Shown here: positions 33,141 through 49,295 of the stretch, in pieces
Numbering within the stretch: the first letter of the stretch is position 1
Layout: each line of letters opens with the position of its first letter
From: the human T2T-CHM13v2.0 reference genome, Homo sapiens
Assembly (NCBI RefSeq): GCF_009914755.1
Contig: NC_060931.1
DNA length: 64,000 bases
Direction: 5' to 3' (one strand)
The notes under the pieces: model-generated
What the model saw: the letters and a program-made list of their open reading frames with translations, nothing else
Databases searched by the model: none
What the model was told of the DNA's origin: nothing
Program-made: the position numbers and the translations under genes

Positions 33141-35157
33141 TCTTCTGTCACTGCATACACTAAATTACAGTATTTCTTATATTAACTCTCATTTAATGTA
33201 TACTAAAATACCATTATAGAGACACTTTTCTATCATATGCTATTTATATATCTATGCAGTTCTTTAGAGGGAATAGCTCTTAACTTTTTATAAATATCTA
33301 AAAATTTATTCTGTTTAAAGAAACTCTGTATTTCTCCCTGAGTGTCTTATTTCTGACTTTTTATGCATGAGCATATCTTATGAAAAGTAGAAAAGTATTC
33401 TGTTTCATGCTGGAACAAGGACTGCCTGACATTGCCTTGGGGGTTTATCTTATTCTGCAGCATATAGGAACATATGAGAATAAAGATGCTTCAAATGTTC
33501 AATCTGGAGAAGTCAGGTCAAACAGGAAAAAGAAGCACAGGAAGATGAGCCAGGGCAGGGAGCGGGGACTTGGTCTATGACACTGTCATCACAGGAACAA
33601 ATGCTGAGAGCTCAGGAGGAGGTGAAGCATCAGTGTGTGGGCATTGGAAGGATCAAAAAGGAAGCATGGTTTTGAACCATCCTAATCCACCTGCTGCCCA
33701 GAGCCAGCCAGATGTTGTCCTTCTCCCTTTGAATAATTTATGTGCAACTCTACCCCTCAATCTCAGTCAAAACCACCATGAACTCAGTTCTGAGTCCAGA
33801 CAGGATAAAAGTGAAGGGTTCTTTTTTCAGAGGTTATTTGGCCCAGTGTCGAAACCTGTTCTTATTAATGGTGCTCAACGCTTACTCTCAAACTAGTATT
33901 TCTTTGTGCTGCCCAGGTTAATGGGCATTCTGCAAAATATATATATATTCTTTTTCCAGGGCAGTTTCATAGTATCTAATAATAAAGATAGTAAAAAATA
34001 TATTCCTGTGGTTTCATGGTACCTAGTAGTAAAGGTCCCCAACTAGCCAGCAAAGCCACCAGTTTAATTTTGGTTTGCCCAGCTTTTCCCAAATGGCCAG
34101 GGAAGTTTTCCCCAAAATGCCTATTAACATCTGGTGGAACTCAGTTCTGAAGCTGTCTGTGAGGTTCGTTGCTTGGTTCCTAAGTTGAGGGACTTGTGTC
34201 CTCTATGTGAAGTGTAAATCTCACCCCCTCACCACCACCTCACTAATTTCCTACTGCTGATCTCCCTGGACTTTGGACCCTCAGCCTGGCTGAGTCCTGC
34301 TGCCAAACTGTACTGACTTGCCCAGACCCAGCCTGTGGCCACCTGGGTGTATGAAAACTTGAAGGACCCTCCTCTCATAGTGTTATTTTTCAGATCCTAC
34401 CCACTTCCACTCCCATCTGCTCGGTTCTGTAACCATCTCAGACATGAGTCCCCGGGTGTGAATACTCAATAGAAACATGTCACACCTGGCCAGGGTTGGA
34501 GAGGAAAGAGACATGGTACATCCTGATATAGCACATTGGGAGTAATTAGTTTTCATTTTTGAAATGGATCCATTTTGACATTGCAGTGAGAGGAAGAAAT
34601 CCTTACTCATCTTTATATTCTCAGTGACTAGAACTGTGTCTAACACACAGTAGACGGTAAGTAGATTTTGTGTCAAATGGAATTTGATTTGCTTCATGAT
34701 CTAGCCCCTTTCTGGATAATAGTTCTCCATATGTAAAGCAGAAATGACAATAATACCTACTTCAGGGGGAGTATCTTTGCAGGATAATATGAGATGATTA
34801 TAACTAAATTGCTCTATGTCTGTTGGAGATTAAAGATCAGAAAGCTCTCTCTCTTTTGTTGCTTTATTTTTAAACCCACATATTACCATTTTAGTGACTG
34901 AAATCACCCTGAAGCAGTTGAATGACTTTTATTTAATAATAGTTAATATTCAATAATAAATATTAATATAATTAATAGTAAAATTTCTAAATATAAGTTT
35001 TTTAGCATCTCAATAAAGCTATGTTTACTTTCTTTTATTTTAAATGACAAAAATTAGCCTATACCTTTTAAAATTTTTCCTTTTTTGGGCCCCATTGTTA
35101 TATAGAAGTGAGCTACCAGTATCACTTTTGTAATATCTGGGACTTTACGCTTCTAAT

Positions 35158-35161
35158 ATGC

Positions 35162-35208
<47 letters not shown>

Positions 35209-35242
35209 CATATGTGTGTGTGTGTATATATATATATATATA
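35158..35242. repeat. Compound (TA)n(TG)n microsatellite
   Basis: Alternating purine-pyrimidine tract directly visible. Confidence 0.95.
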
Positions 35243-36364
35243 ACTGATAGTAGTTGCTTATATAAGTCACTACTTACCATGTGTCCTTTGGTATCTACAT
35301 ATAAAATGAGACACAGTGGATGTGTGATCTGTTTTTGTTTTAGAGAAGCCTTTATGCAACAACCAGGGAGATCCTAAGCCTGAAACCATAAGTATTGGAA
35401 ACACAAATGTTGTACATTCATCCCTTCCCCCAACCTTAGTTATTATCTAAGCAAGCAAGACACATTTTAGACCTTTTCTCATAAATCAAATCCTACAGCT
35501 CTTTAATCTCTTTTCTTTGTCATTCCCTGAATTCCCTCCAATATGTGGATAAGGGTTTTATCCCCCTTCAGACCTAGCCAACAAGTTGTCGTTTGAAGCC
35601 CTAAAGTCATCTCTTAGATTGCTGAGCTTCTGTGTTGTGTTGGCCTGTGTGGCTGACCTGGTTCAATGGACTACACATACTGCTTCTAGAAGTATCATAA
35701 GGATAGGGTTTGTCTATATCCATTTTATCTGAAACTCCAACATCAGGTTATAAAGAAGTATTTTCTTCCCACTTCTTTTCCTAGAATAATAACTGCCTGA
35801 CCAATCAATCTATTGAGATCCGTATGAGACCATGTATGTGAATGGAGTTTGCCGAGTATTAAAGATTATATAAAACAAAGGAGCAGCATTTTAGCTATTA
35901 TGGGCTGCTCTTTGTTAGTAAGAAGAATAGTAATATGCTTTGATATATGTCACCTCAAAATAATAGCTTGCTCAATAAATAACTGTACTCATTAAGTCTT
36001 GATATGAGAAATTATACCTAGGTTTGCACTTCTTTCGCAAGGCTAATTATTGGTTTCTCAAACAAAACGTTGATATTTTTAAAATGCCTGATGGTAACTT
36101 CAGTTAACTAAATATGCCACATTAACTAATTTTTAAAAAATTTTTGTGTAACTATGTAATTGTTCAAAATAATGGAATTGTGCTCTCAAATTATAATAGT
36201 CATACAGCATCTCACATAAATTTCTTTTAAAATGAATTCACTTATGTATAGGACTCAAGTGTGCAAGAAGGATGAAAGTAAACTACCCAACTCAAACAAA
36301 AAAAGAATGTATTAATATTAACATAACATAATACAGTGTTAATACATTAACAACTATTTAACAT

Positions 36365-36453
36365 CAGATCTCTGGAGATGAGACCCGGACATCAGTATTT
36401 TTTAAAGTTTTCACGGTGATTCCAAAAGCAAAGTCAAGGCTGAGAATCTCTGC
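36365..36453. mobile_element. MER5-like hAT fragment
   Basis: ATCAGTATTTTTTAAAG...GGTGATTCC...AAGGCTGAGAATCTCTG. Confidence 0.55.
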
Positions 36454-36814
36454 ATTGGGCAGTGTTAGATAGTGCAACAACTGAATCTCTACATTGCGTC
36501 TTTTTTGCCAAACATTGATACCCCCTGAGGACAATGGTGAGGTGATGATAGGTAAGACATCATTCCACATTTAAGGATGTGAAGCAAGAACCTCTTTCCT
36601 TTTCTTTAAGGTCCAATTTGATGCAAAAGCTATATGCTATAATTCCTAACTAACACATGCCCTGAAATGGTCATGCTCCCCTTTAGCCATCCCAATTCCC
36701 ATGAAAATTAGTATCATAGAATCGTGTGCCTTGGCAAACAACATGGCCTGTGTTTGCAGTATATTTATATTCCTTTGCCATTGTTAGCATTCCTGCAGAA
36801 CTGTGAAGTGTTAA

Positions 36815-37095
<281 letters not shown>

Positions 37096-37496
37096 CTCAT
37101 CAACTCAGCCTGCATTCCTAGTTGTTATTTTAGAAATAGTGAGCTTTTTGCCACATTGTCTCCTTCCCCAAGCCTGGGAGGTAGATCTCAAAAGTTCTTT
37201 CTACCCACACTGCTTCTCCATCACGCCACACTCTTCCCAAAATTTGCTGTAATTCTCAGAAGAAATAAGGATGCATCCAAGAGTGTCCTTCTACTGCCTC
37301 CCACCACCCCAGGAGGCCAGAGCCAGTGTTCCACTGCCAACCACTGTGATCACTAATGCATAGAGTCCCATAAATAAAGGAAGATGCATGCATCAAACAA
37401 AGTAAAATAAAGATTAAACTACTTTACAGTAACTTTTTTCGTGTAGACAACTGAATCAAACAAGCTAGAACCAAAGCGAGTGATCTTTTTCATTCT

Positions 37497-38030
37497 TTTT
37501 TTAGCAGCTTTATTGTGATGTAATTCACATACCATGCAATTCACCCATTGAAAGTGCACAGTTCAATGGGTTTCAGTATATTATATTGTCAATTTCTTTG
37601 AATTGAGGTAAAATATACATAATGTAATGTTTGCCATTTTGACCATTTTTAAATGTACAATTAAGTTGCATTAATTTCATTCACAGTGTTGTATAACCAT
37701 CAGCATTACCTAATTCCAGAACTTTTTCGTCACCCCAAACAGATACTCTATAACCAATAAGCAGCAGCTCCACATACCCTTCTCTCCCCCGGCTCCTGAT
37801 AACTTCCAATCTACTCTTTCTCTCTAGAATTTGCCTATTCTAGATATTTCATGTGAGTGGAATCATACAATATTTGTCTTTTTATGTGTGGCCTATTTTA
37901 CTTAACATAATGTTTATCCACGTGGATGAACATAAGATTCATCCACGTTGTAGCCTGTGTCGGTACTTCATTCCTTTTTGTGGATGAATAATATTCCATT
38001 GTATATATCCCACATTTATCCAAGAGTAAG
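37497..38030 (-). mobile_element. Old L1M 3' fragment(s), antisense
   Basis: CAGCTTTATTG...TAATTCACATACCAT, GGAATCATACAATAT, AATATTCCATTGTAT; reverse ORF has CGIYTMEYY. Confidence 0.75.
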
Positions 38031-38694
38031 TGATTTTTAAAGGGTTCCTGAAGTCTTCTGAAGTTATAAAATGGAAAAACACACAAAAATTAGAAAATCA
38101 AAGGCTGAATCATGAGATCAGAGTTGGAATTTCAGAAGGACCATAAATCCTAAAAATCATAAAATGTTAGAGCCAGAAGGGACTTCAAAGATTTCTGCTG
38201 TGTATCAAAACTGAAGTAAAAATATTCTGAGACTTTATTGTTCCATCATAACAGTACAATTATTTACCTCTTATGGGAAGTCTTCTCTGCCCTCCACCCC
38301 ACCGTCCAGGACAGAATTAATGTCCCATTGTCTCTGTTGATTACTGTTTAGTCATACTTCTATGGTACATACCACACTGTACTGGAATCATTTATTTATA
38401 TGTCTGTCTCCCCTTCTATACTTCAGTTCCTGTTTTTTGTACATCTTTTTATCCCTAATACCTAGTTACAAATACAAACAGCTAAGTACCACATAAGTAC
38501 TTAAGGGATCAGTGTCCCCTAATTATTTGAACACTGGAGCATAATTGAGGAATCTCTTATTATCCTGAAGGCAGTTATGCCATTTGTAGAATGGTAATAA
38601 CCAGTTGGTATTTGGGACCCAAAGTGCTACAACCTGTGTAGTACAAATATCTATCATGGCTAAATGCTGACTTTTCTTTATTTGTCATTTTTAG

Positions 38695-38910
<216 letters not shown>

Positions 38911-39044
38911 TAAGATTGTCGTCGATTCTTGTGTGCTGTCTTATATGTAGTCCATAAAACCCATGAGTTCTGGGCACTGGGTCAAAGTCTCCTGGGGCCC
39001 ATGATAGCCGTCTTTAACAAGCTCTTTCTTTCTCTCTGTTTTAA

Positions 39045-39290
<246 letters not shown>

Positions 39291-42031
39291 TAAAGGAAGT
39301 ATTTACCTCTGCCAAGTAAGTATTTGACACAAAATTACATGGCTCTTAATTTTAAAAGAACCCATGTATATATTACATTATGATTTTAGAGTCCATAAGC
39401 TCTCATTTCACAAAAAGGTTAATTTGAGCAAAAGTAATTTGTTTATCATCTAAGTGCAATAGTAAGAAATTGCGAAGCTCTCTTTTACAATCCAGGAAGA
39501 GTTAAGTTACAAAATATACTTATTTAAATGTAAGTTGGAACTGCTACATTTTTTACCTGTTGAAGCCCAAACATTGAAATTATACTGTTAGTAATTCTTC
39601 GAAGTGTTTTCAATGAACTGTTAGTACACAGCCTTTTTCCCACCATATTCTAGGACTTGAATGTATTTTGAGACTTAGCCAAGGAAAACCTTCAATTATG
39701 CCATGAAAAAAAGGAGGGGTCAATATCATCAGCTTTGTAAAACACTATGCCTAGTAATGTTCAGGTTAATCAGAGTTTTCATGTTGTTTTATTTAAATCT
39801 CCTGGTAAAAGCAAAAGGTCTGTATTGTATCAGCTCCATTATCTTTAGAAGTTACAGGATGTGAGTCAAGTACAAGCATTTCCTTGGTTGAATATTTACC
39901 ATTGGACAAATAAAATGAGTCACAGATCATTGAGGATACTGGAAAAGTTAGAAGTTGCTCATCCAAACAAGTTCAAGAGCAATGAAGCACTTAACATTTT
40001 AACATTTTCAACACTTACTACCTCTTATGTTTTGAAGTTTATGTTATTTCTATGGAGATACACATAGTAAACATTGTCTTTGCCCTGATTCCATTCACCT
40101 TTAAAAATCCATTCGTTTAACCGTGTGGAAAAATCAAACCTAGTTTATTGTTTTGAAATTTAGATCTATTTAGTATTTTATGTGCACATTTAGTGCATCT
40201 ATTTAGTATTTTATATGCACATTTCATAGTTCTAATCTGAGATCATTAAAATTTACAAATTTTCTTTGAAAAAAAAACTTACCTAATCTTCTTTGAACCT
40301 CCTTACTCACCAAAGCTCTGTCATCATTGCTAAGAAGGTTGAGTTTCACACTCTTTTCTCCATTGAGCCTGCTCCTTGGAGACATGAAAAGAAAACAGGT
40401 AAAAGAGGGTCATTTAGAGAGAATGAGAAAATAGGTGCACAGCCAAAACCTAATGAAGAGGCAACTGCAGAGCTTTCCTCTCTACATCTGGTGGGGACAG
40501 CATTCTCATCAGACTTTTTCACGGAGACCTAGAGTGCTATGTGGTGTGACATCAGGGTGGCACACTGATGGTTTCAATTGGTTTCTGCACATGTTGGAAT
40601 TTAGCTGAAGAGTCACGTTTTCATGCCAAAGGGCTTTTATCCATGTCTCACCAAGGATTTCCCTCAATCTGTGCACCCTTAAGCATTTAGAGCCCTGATC
40701 TCCAGATGCAAAGGCTTTAGGAAGTGAGAATGAAAGACCTGAGTTTAGAGAGGCTGATTGGCATTCCCAATCCCCTGGGGAAGGTTTAGAGACCCTGACT
40801 CCTTGGAATTAAGGGAGCAAGTACCCAGCTAGGCTCCTTCCTTCCTCACTCACCCAACATTTCAGGTACTTCACTGATGTTCCACATCCTTCTTTAAAGG
40901 TTGCTCTTGTCTTTTTTCTGGCTAGTGTCTACTATAACTGTAATTGATGCCCAACGCTTTTCTGGAACCACTTTTGGCCAAGTTCATTTATTATTAATCA
41001 AACTGTCCACTGTAGAAAATACTAAAAATGCTCAAGTGGGATTAGGAATAGTCAAGGTACTAACAGCATTCTTTTTATGCCCTTCTCTCAGATTCTGATT
41101 CTCCTGCTTATTTGCAAACAAATGATACATTTTGGTGCTAATGAGGAACCCCCACATAACCTTCTCCCTGTGTTACATACTAATACATTTCAATACTATG
41201 CCTAGTTTATCTTCATGTCAGTTGCTGTGGCTATGATGCCCCCTCCTTGATATGTGTGAATTCCCAGTGGAAAGAGAAAGGGAAAGTGGAAATGCCCTAT
41301 TTGGCATTAAGAAATTGACTATCAGCACCATTTCTTCCCCTGAAATAAAAAAAAAAATTCTCCTTGCAAAAGGGAACTTTGCCTGAGGTTCTTACAGAGC
41401 TTTGGTTATAAAGATCAACTTATAAAGAATGCTTACCCCTTTCATAGTGTCCTTAACTAAACAACAAGGATGGTCCACTAACCGAGATCTAACCTGCCTT
41501 CTCTAAACAACAGTAACACTAAATCCAGTGCCATCACTGCACAGTGGAGAATTTACCACTAATGTGAAAAGCTTTCAGTTTTGGGAATATAGCCATTATT
41601 TATTTCTAATCATATGTGTATTTTTCCCTTGGCCAGGAATCCATAGGTTTTGCACAATAGTAATTAATTCCATTAACAAATAGTAGTGTCTCAAAAGGCA
41701 TCTTTTTCATTTTCTTATATTTGAGCTGGATTTTTGTGAGACGAGGCAATTGCTCAACTACCTTTGCTGCTACCACTGCTTCCATTCTTAAGGACATAGT
41801 ATATTCAAAAATAAACCATAAGCATGGCTTTTTGCTATTGATAAAGAGAGAAATGTCTAAGGAAATGAGGGTAAAAAGCTTTCAAAATTAATACTTAGTC
41901 TACTTAAATGAAAATCTGTAAACATCTAATGAAATGCTTGTATATATAACTTAGTATCTTTTCCCAATTTATTATCATTTTTATCAAACTAATTCCATTA
42001 TAAAAGCTCTTCCTGTTTCAGTCCCCATTAA

Positions 42032-42334
<303 letters not shown>

Positions 42335-42618
42335 TAAATACGATTTTCCAGTAAGCATTTTATCTTTGGCCTTTGCAGATTAGGAACTTAGACAATGGTG
42401 AAAGCAACTGACAGAGCAGTGATAACAAGTGTACTTGATTTCTGTTCTATAGAAATGTAGCCCTGTAAATCATATCCGTGGGGATTTGCCCTTGTGCATG
42501 GAAGCAATTGGATAATCCCCCAAATATATTAGAACTAAATCACAATTCGTCCTCGTCCTGTGTGTACTAGCAATTATAGTTTCTTCAAAGGTGCCATTTA
42601 CTTTCTTCTAAAACTCAG

Positions 42619-42932
42619 GGCCAGGCGCAGTGGCTCACACGTGTAATCCCAGCACTTTGGGAGGCCGAGGCAGGTGGATCACCTGAGGTCAGGAGTTCAA
42701 AACCATCCTGGCCAACATGGCAAAACCCCGTCTCTACTAAAAAAATACAAAAATTAGCCAGGCGTGGTGGCGGGTGCCTTTAATCCCAACTACTGGGGAG
42801 GCTGAAGCAAGGAGAATTGCTTGAACCCAGGAGGTGGAAGTTGCAGTGAGCCAAGGTTGTGCCACAGCACTCCAGCCTGGGCAGCAGAGCGAGACTCCAT
42901 GTCAAAAAAATAAATACTTATAAATAAATAAA
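42619..42932 (+). mobile_element. Alu (AluSx/Sq-like), intron 15
   Basis: GGCCAGGCGCAGTGGCTCAC...CACCTGAGGTCAGGAGTTC, (TAAA)n tail. Confidence 0.92.
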
Positions 42933-44563
42933 TATCACTCCTTTAATTTTGAGTATTTTTATTCAATCTCTCTCCAGTCTTTCTTTACCCTGAGAACAGT
43001 GACAAACTCTATGAAGCCTGGTTTATAGCAGTTTGTACACTGCTGGACAGCATCAGAAGACAGAGAATTTATAGCATTCTCCTGATCTAAAGCAACATAT
43101 ATCATCTCTACAATGCACTCCAATTTCTTTATACAAAGATAAATGAATATTTTTAATAAGCTAGCCAAAGCAGCAATAACAGCTAGCATAAACAGTATTT
43201 GTGGAAATATTTAGCAGGAAAAGAAACCAATCAAAAACCGGGAAATGAACTTCATTCTTCTTGTTGTTTTTTTTTTTCTAAAAAGCTTTTACCCTTAATA
43301 CTAAATGGCCTCTGATCCCTTTTATTCTATATGTGCTGCAAGAGGTTGTACAGGCATCTGCCAGTGTGATACAAGAGAAGCTGATGGCGTGATTTCCCTT
43401 ATATGAACACAAGGCCTTCTCACTTTCCTGTGGTAGCATCCACACATTCTTCTGTCAAACACCCCAGAGCGTAATCCTTTGTGTGCTCCTTCTTCCCCAA
43501 GAGTGGCTTCACTGTTAACAAACATCTTTCCATTTCTCTTCAGAGTAATATATAGTTCTGTCATAGGCCTATAAATCCCAGTAATTGCATCAATTTTAGA
43601 GTGTGTGGACTCACTAATTGTGTTCTAATTCTACACATTTGGAAAACTAGAATTTTTTATCATGAAAGGTACTAAAATGGCAATTATTTCTCTTTTGAAG
43701 TTATAATCATTAACAGCTCTATAAATATTAGCTACTATGTATTTATATGTTTTTCTGCAGGAGAATAGGAGCACTCAAAAGCATAAGTTTTATTTTATTC
43801 TTCTTTGCATTAGTAGAGGGCAGCCTAATGCCTGACACTCACATACTAGGCACTCATGGTGTCTTGGCCAGCTGGATGAATTAATTAGTGAATGACTTAC
43901 ACAGCTATCAGACATTTGGCACCTCTGGGGGAAATTACTGCCACTGGATAAAAGGCTACCATTGGGAAAATGATGTGGTTAAAGCCAGAGAGAACTGGAT
44001 GAAGTGAGTCAGGGTGAATTTGCTTCATCTGGGCAACTGCCTTTCAGTTTCTGCCAACCTGGATTACGTATTAACCAGTGACTAATGGGGAAATCCTTAT
44101 TCTATAATACTAATCCTATTTTTAATGGTAACATTTTTATTTCATTTCAGCTTATTAGAATATAGAGAACTTATTTTATTATAGTTCTTCATGTGGGTTA
44201 ACTTTATTTTCATATTTTAAAATACTATGTCATCCTTTAAAAAAATTTATTTGATGAGGCCGATGTTACTCACCTTTTCAGTGGTTCCACTGTGGTTGAA
44301 TATTTTATTAGGTTAGGCTTTAATATGAGTCATATCATCTACAACTTATTCATGAATTAAATAATCACATTGCTTATATCCTTGGGTGAAATGTGTTGCA
44401 TCTACATATATATTTACAAACACACCTACGTACCTATAGTGGTATTGTTAAAAGTATTTTTTAAATGTACTCTTTTGCTGTATAGAAAGAAGAAAGAATA
44501 AAATGAAGCTCATAAAGGGTTTGATAAATAATTATTTCATAATTAAATGTTACGCAGTGCTAA

Positions 44564-44683
<120 letters not shown>

Positions 44684-45972
44684 TAACCATGGAGTATACT
44701 TTTGTGGTTTGCAACCTAATAAATAGCTTATAATAAAACGTTGATTTACACTTTCCCCTTGTGGAAAAATCAGCTACCACTGAAATTATGGGCCTAATCC
44801 TGAAAATTTGTTTTGTTCTAGACTTTTATTGAACTACTTCCCCTGAAATGATCCCTCAGAGCCCTCATTAGTAAGGGGGTAGGAGAAATGAGGTTCTTGG
44901 ATGAACTGAGTATCATTTAACTATAACTATGTTTGGTTTATAATATTTGTTTTGCAAGTGACATTTCTGGAAACTATTGGAAGCATGTTGCCACCTACAG
45001 TAGTAATGACTCATTTTACCCAGAGGCATTACTATAATTATTTTTTAACCACAACTTCCATTAAAAAGATAAAAAATGAAATAAGACAAACAGGAGAAAA
45101 CTACGCTGGCCAAAAATTGAAAAATCATAAGTATGGTAATACCTCATTTATCCACATTTTTGGAGAGTGAGGCATTCCACATACATGAACTTCCTAAATA
45201 AATGAAACCTACCCCTTTTTAATGCTGGAACATTACTTAAAATTTTAGCTGTTATTGAGAAAATCTTTTTAAGATGAAATGCATACTCTGTTTAAGGGAA
45301 TGCTTCCAAATACAAACTAAGTCTTTATTGGTGACCCCAAGCCATAATTACAGCCATAAATTACTATATTACACAAACAGTGTACTCCACATACATAGTG
45401 TTCCTGGCTCCGCCTGTGTTGACAGGTCTCACATGCTTGCGTTTTCTACTCCCATTTCTCATTTTCTGCTTGCAAATTGCAGCAGCCTGAAAAATGTTAA
45501 CCAGCTCTACTACAAACTTTATATGGGACTTAATAAGCTTTAAGTGCACAAATGAAAGATTTTCCTGCAAGATACTTTACTGTCACAATTATTTCAGTCT
45601 TTTTAAAATATAAATCAACATGCTAAGTAGTGTTCTACATGGTTAATTTTGTTGGAAGTCTGACCATGAGGGAAATAAATGGACAGTCTTTATGAAACCT
45701 AAGTATAACCTTTGCACTAAGTTTATAGGAGACAAACTGGTGGCTGGTTGGACTCTATCTTGCAAAAGTGGGCATAGGTGGTGACTGGAAGGCACAGTGC
45801 ACGGTGGCATCATTCACTCAGATGTGATGTAAAAAGAACACTCTGCAGTCAAACCCTCAGGACAAGATGCTAACTGTGTGGTTTACCATTTCATTGCTCT
45901 TCCTATCTAAATTTGACAAAAGTATTCACTGTTCCATAATGAAGTTAATGTCTCCACCACTGGATTTCTCAG

Positions 45973-46154
45973 GAATCACTGACATAGGAGAAGTTTCCCA
46001 ATTTCTGACCGAGGGAATCATCATGAAAGATTTTAGTCATCCCAATGTCCTCTCGCTCCTGGGAATCTGCCTGCGAAGTGAAGGGTCTCCGCTGGTGGTC
46101 CTACCATACATGAAACATGGAGATCTTCGAAATTTCATTCGAAATGAGACTCAT
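45973..46154 (+). CDS. MET: MET exon 17 (kinase alphaC and hinge), 182 nt
   Basis: tttctcag|GAATCA...ACTCAT|gtaagt; [60 protein letters not shown]. Confidence 0.98.
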
Positions 46155-46811
46155 GTAAGTTGACTGCCAAGCTTACTAACTGGCAAACTAGCTGTAAGCC
46201 AGCCATCCCTTCAAAATAGGCCTGCTCTGAGTCTTTAAAAAGCTAGTAGCCAAAGATGCACATTTAAAATGTTAGCATCATTCAAATGCACCTCAAAGTC
46301 TTCTATCCTGGTGGGAAATAGTGACACCTGGAAGGGTTTCCTGGAGCAATGATTCTTACTTGCTCTGCAAGCAACCTTGCTCTACCTTCCCTCTGATAGG
46401 GACATTTAGTCATCTTTGCATGTCTACTATGTGCCAGAAACTGTGCACAGCACAGGAGAAGTGGAAGCAGAGCAAGCCTCAGCCCATATGGAATGTTAAC
46501 TCTACAAGGCATTGAAAAATTAACTCCAGATGCGTTCCTTGCTGTTCCTTGTCCTTGCCATCCACTCTCACACCTCAGGAACTTTGCACTTGTGCTCCCT
46601 CAGCCTGGAACACTCTCCCCGCAAATAGCCACGTATCTCACTTCCTCATCTTCTTCAGCTTTTGGCCGTAATGCCATCTTCAACATAAGCCTTCCCTAAT
46701 CTGTTTAAAATTGCAACTGACCACCCACCCTCATGGCTTCAGACTCCTCTTCCCTGCTCTATTTTCCCCCATCACACTTAACTGTCATCTGATACATGCA
46801 TGAAGCTGCCT

Positions 46812-47114
46812 GAAGCTGCCCAATACTATGGCCATGAGCCACATGTAAAAGGAGGCTAGTTCGAACTGAAATGTGCTGTACGGTGTAGAATACATCCCAG
46901 ATTCTGAATACTTAGTATTAAAAAAAAAAGAAGGTGAAATATCTCACTAGTAGTTGTTTATATTGATTACATGCTGAAATATTTTGGATTTTGGGGGTTG
47001 AAAAATACATTGTGAAAATTAATTTCACCTGTTTCTTTTTACTTTTGAGTATGGCTACTAGAAAATTTTATATTACATGTGTGTCTTGCTTTATATTTCT
47101 ATTGAATAGCACTG
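46812..47114. mobile_element. MER33/MER3-like hAT DNA transposon relic inside an L2 fragment
   Basis: GCCACATG...GAAATGTGCTGTA...AAAATTAATTTCACCTGTTTCTTTTTAC...GGCTACTAGAAAATTT...TTCTATTGAATAGCACTG. Confidence 0.7.
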
Positions 47115-48074
47115 TAGTAGATAATAAACAAATAAACAATAGCTATATAGATGTATATGTATGCATATATATGTACACACACCCTCATCCCATTAGAATG
47201 GAAGCTCATGAGGGTAGGATTTTTGTGTATTTTGTTCACTGCTGTGGCTCCAACACCTAAAACAGTGTTTAGCACATAGACTCGCAGTAAATAATTGTTG
47301 AATGAATCAGCTAAGGGTTACAAAAAAAGGTTCTTAGCCTCTTGCAAGTGGTAGATTTTTTTCTTGACATTTATGCCAGGACCTAAAAGTCACCAGGCCA
47401 GGACCAGGGAGGGTGGGAATAAGAATCTCAAGAACTGAATTCATAGAAGGCCTCAAGCTCCGTCTCGGTTCCTGCTCTCCAAGTCTCTGTGGGAGGTAAT
47501 GAAGTTGATCAAAAGCAACTTTATAAATATGGGGTCAAATTATCAGAGAAAATAAGCTCTAGGAGAGTAATGAGATATTACTCAGCCAAAAGAATAAAAC
47601 ATTCCCTGGCAGTGAACTTTTGCAGATAAGGCGAATTGACCTTACAAAGCACACAGCTGCCCTGACAGACCCCACTTTCCCACTTCAACTTTTGTTATTA
47701 CCCTGATGGATTAATGTGGCTGGAGGTGCTACCTTCTCTAGGGTACTGTTACCCCAGGATTAAAGCATGATAGAGATTTCCTGTTATCCAGAACGGAATA
47801 GTGCCATGGCCTTTTTTAATCCAAGGAGCTGATACTGAGAGCAACCACAAACCCAGATGTGTCTTAAAGAGAAACCTAAAACCAGGAACTGGCCTTTCTC
47901 TATGCTGTGTGCATTGAGTGGGGCTACAGCCCTTTTGCAGGGTCCCCACTGACTACATCTTGCACTGACAAACTCCTCAGTGACTGTTGAAGGGGAATAC
48001 CCCATTCCTGATTGCCAGCCAGTGACATCACCAGACTTGACAGCTGAGTGGTTTGGGGTGATTTCTTTCTGAGC

Positions 48075-48608
48075 CTCCTCTATTCACTGTGCTTCTGATG
48101 TTCTAACATCTTGGGCCTTACTAACCCTGGAGGAACTGTCCCTCCCAAGGCTAGCTAATTCCTGCAAATAGTAAACAGCTTGCCTTCAAAGCATACCTGT
48201 CATGTGCAAACCAACCAATCCAGAGCCCTTATCTAACCTCCTCCTTTATCAGGCTCTTACACTTTGGGCTACTATCCACCTGCCCTAATCACCCCAGGGC
48301 CCAGTTCCAGACAACTAGAACTATCCTCGGAGCCTGCTGAAATACTCCAGATTGGCCAGCTCCAAACCTGCTTACCCTGCCTTACCAGTTTCTTCCCAGG
48401 GAAACTGCAATGAAGGCTCTTGCTCATGTTTTTCCCCTCTCTCTCTCTGCCTCTAGAGCCCAGGGCTTCCCCCATGTGACCCTGCATGACAGGGTGTGCC
48501 TCCTCCTCTTGCAAACTGTGAATAGCAAACTATCTTTTCAATGGCAGTTGTCTCCTGTTCTGTTGGCCTCATCATACCTGGAAAATAATAAAACTACATT
48601 TTAAAACA
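48075..48608 (+). mobile_element. MER74-like ERVL LTR
   Basis: GCAAACCAACCAATCCAGAGCCC, CCTAATCACCCCAGGGCC, and terminal AATAATAAAACTACATTTTAAAACA match my recall of the MER74 family; start approximate. Confidence 0.7.
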
Positions 48609-48716
48609 CCTCCATTTTCCCATCTGGAAAATGGAGCCTGTAACACCTGCCTGACAGAAGTGTAGAAGTAGCTGTAATTTATGAAAACAATTAGCCTGGT
48701 GTGTTGCATACAATAA

Positions 48717-49064
<348 letters not shown>

Positions 49065-49178
49065 AAGACCAAACTAATTTTTGAGACAAGATAATTTTTT
49101 ATAAATAAACATTTCAGAATTCTAAGGTCAAAATTAGAACAGTAGATGCTTAGTTTATGCTTTTCTAACTCTCTTTGA

Positions 49179-49295
<117 letters not shown>

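Noticed and set aside
45867-45972. In-frame upstream extension of exon 17 with hydrophobic N-terminus ([13 protein letters not shown])
   Set aside because: Nearby upstream AGs give out-of-frame extensions (112 and 124 nt), no promoter evidence, and 35 open codons is within chance
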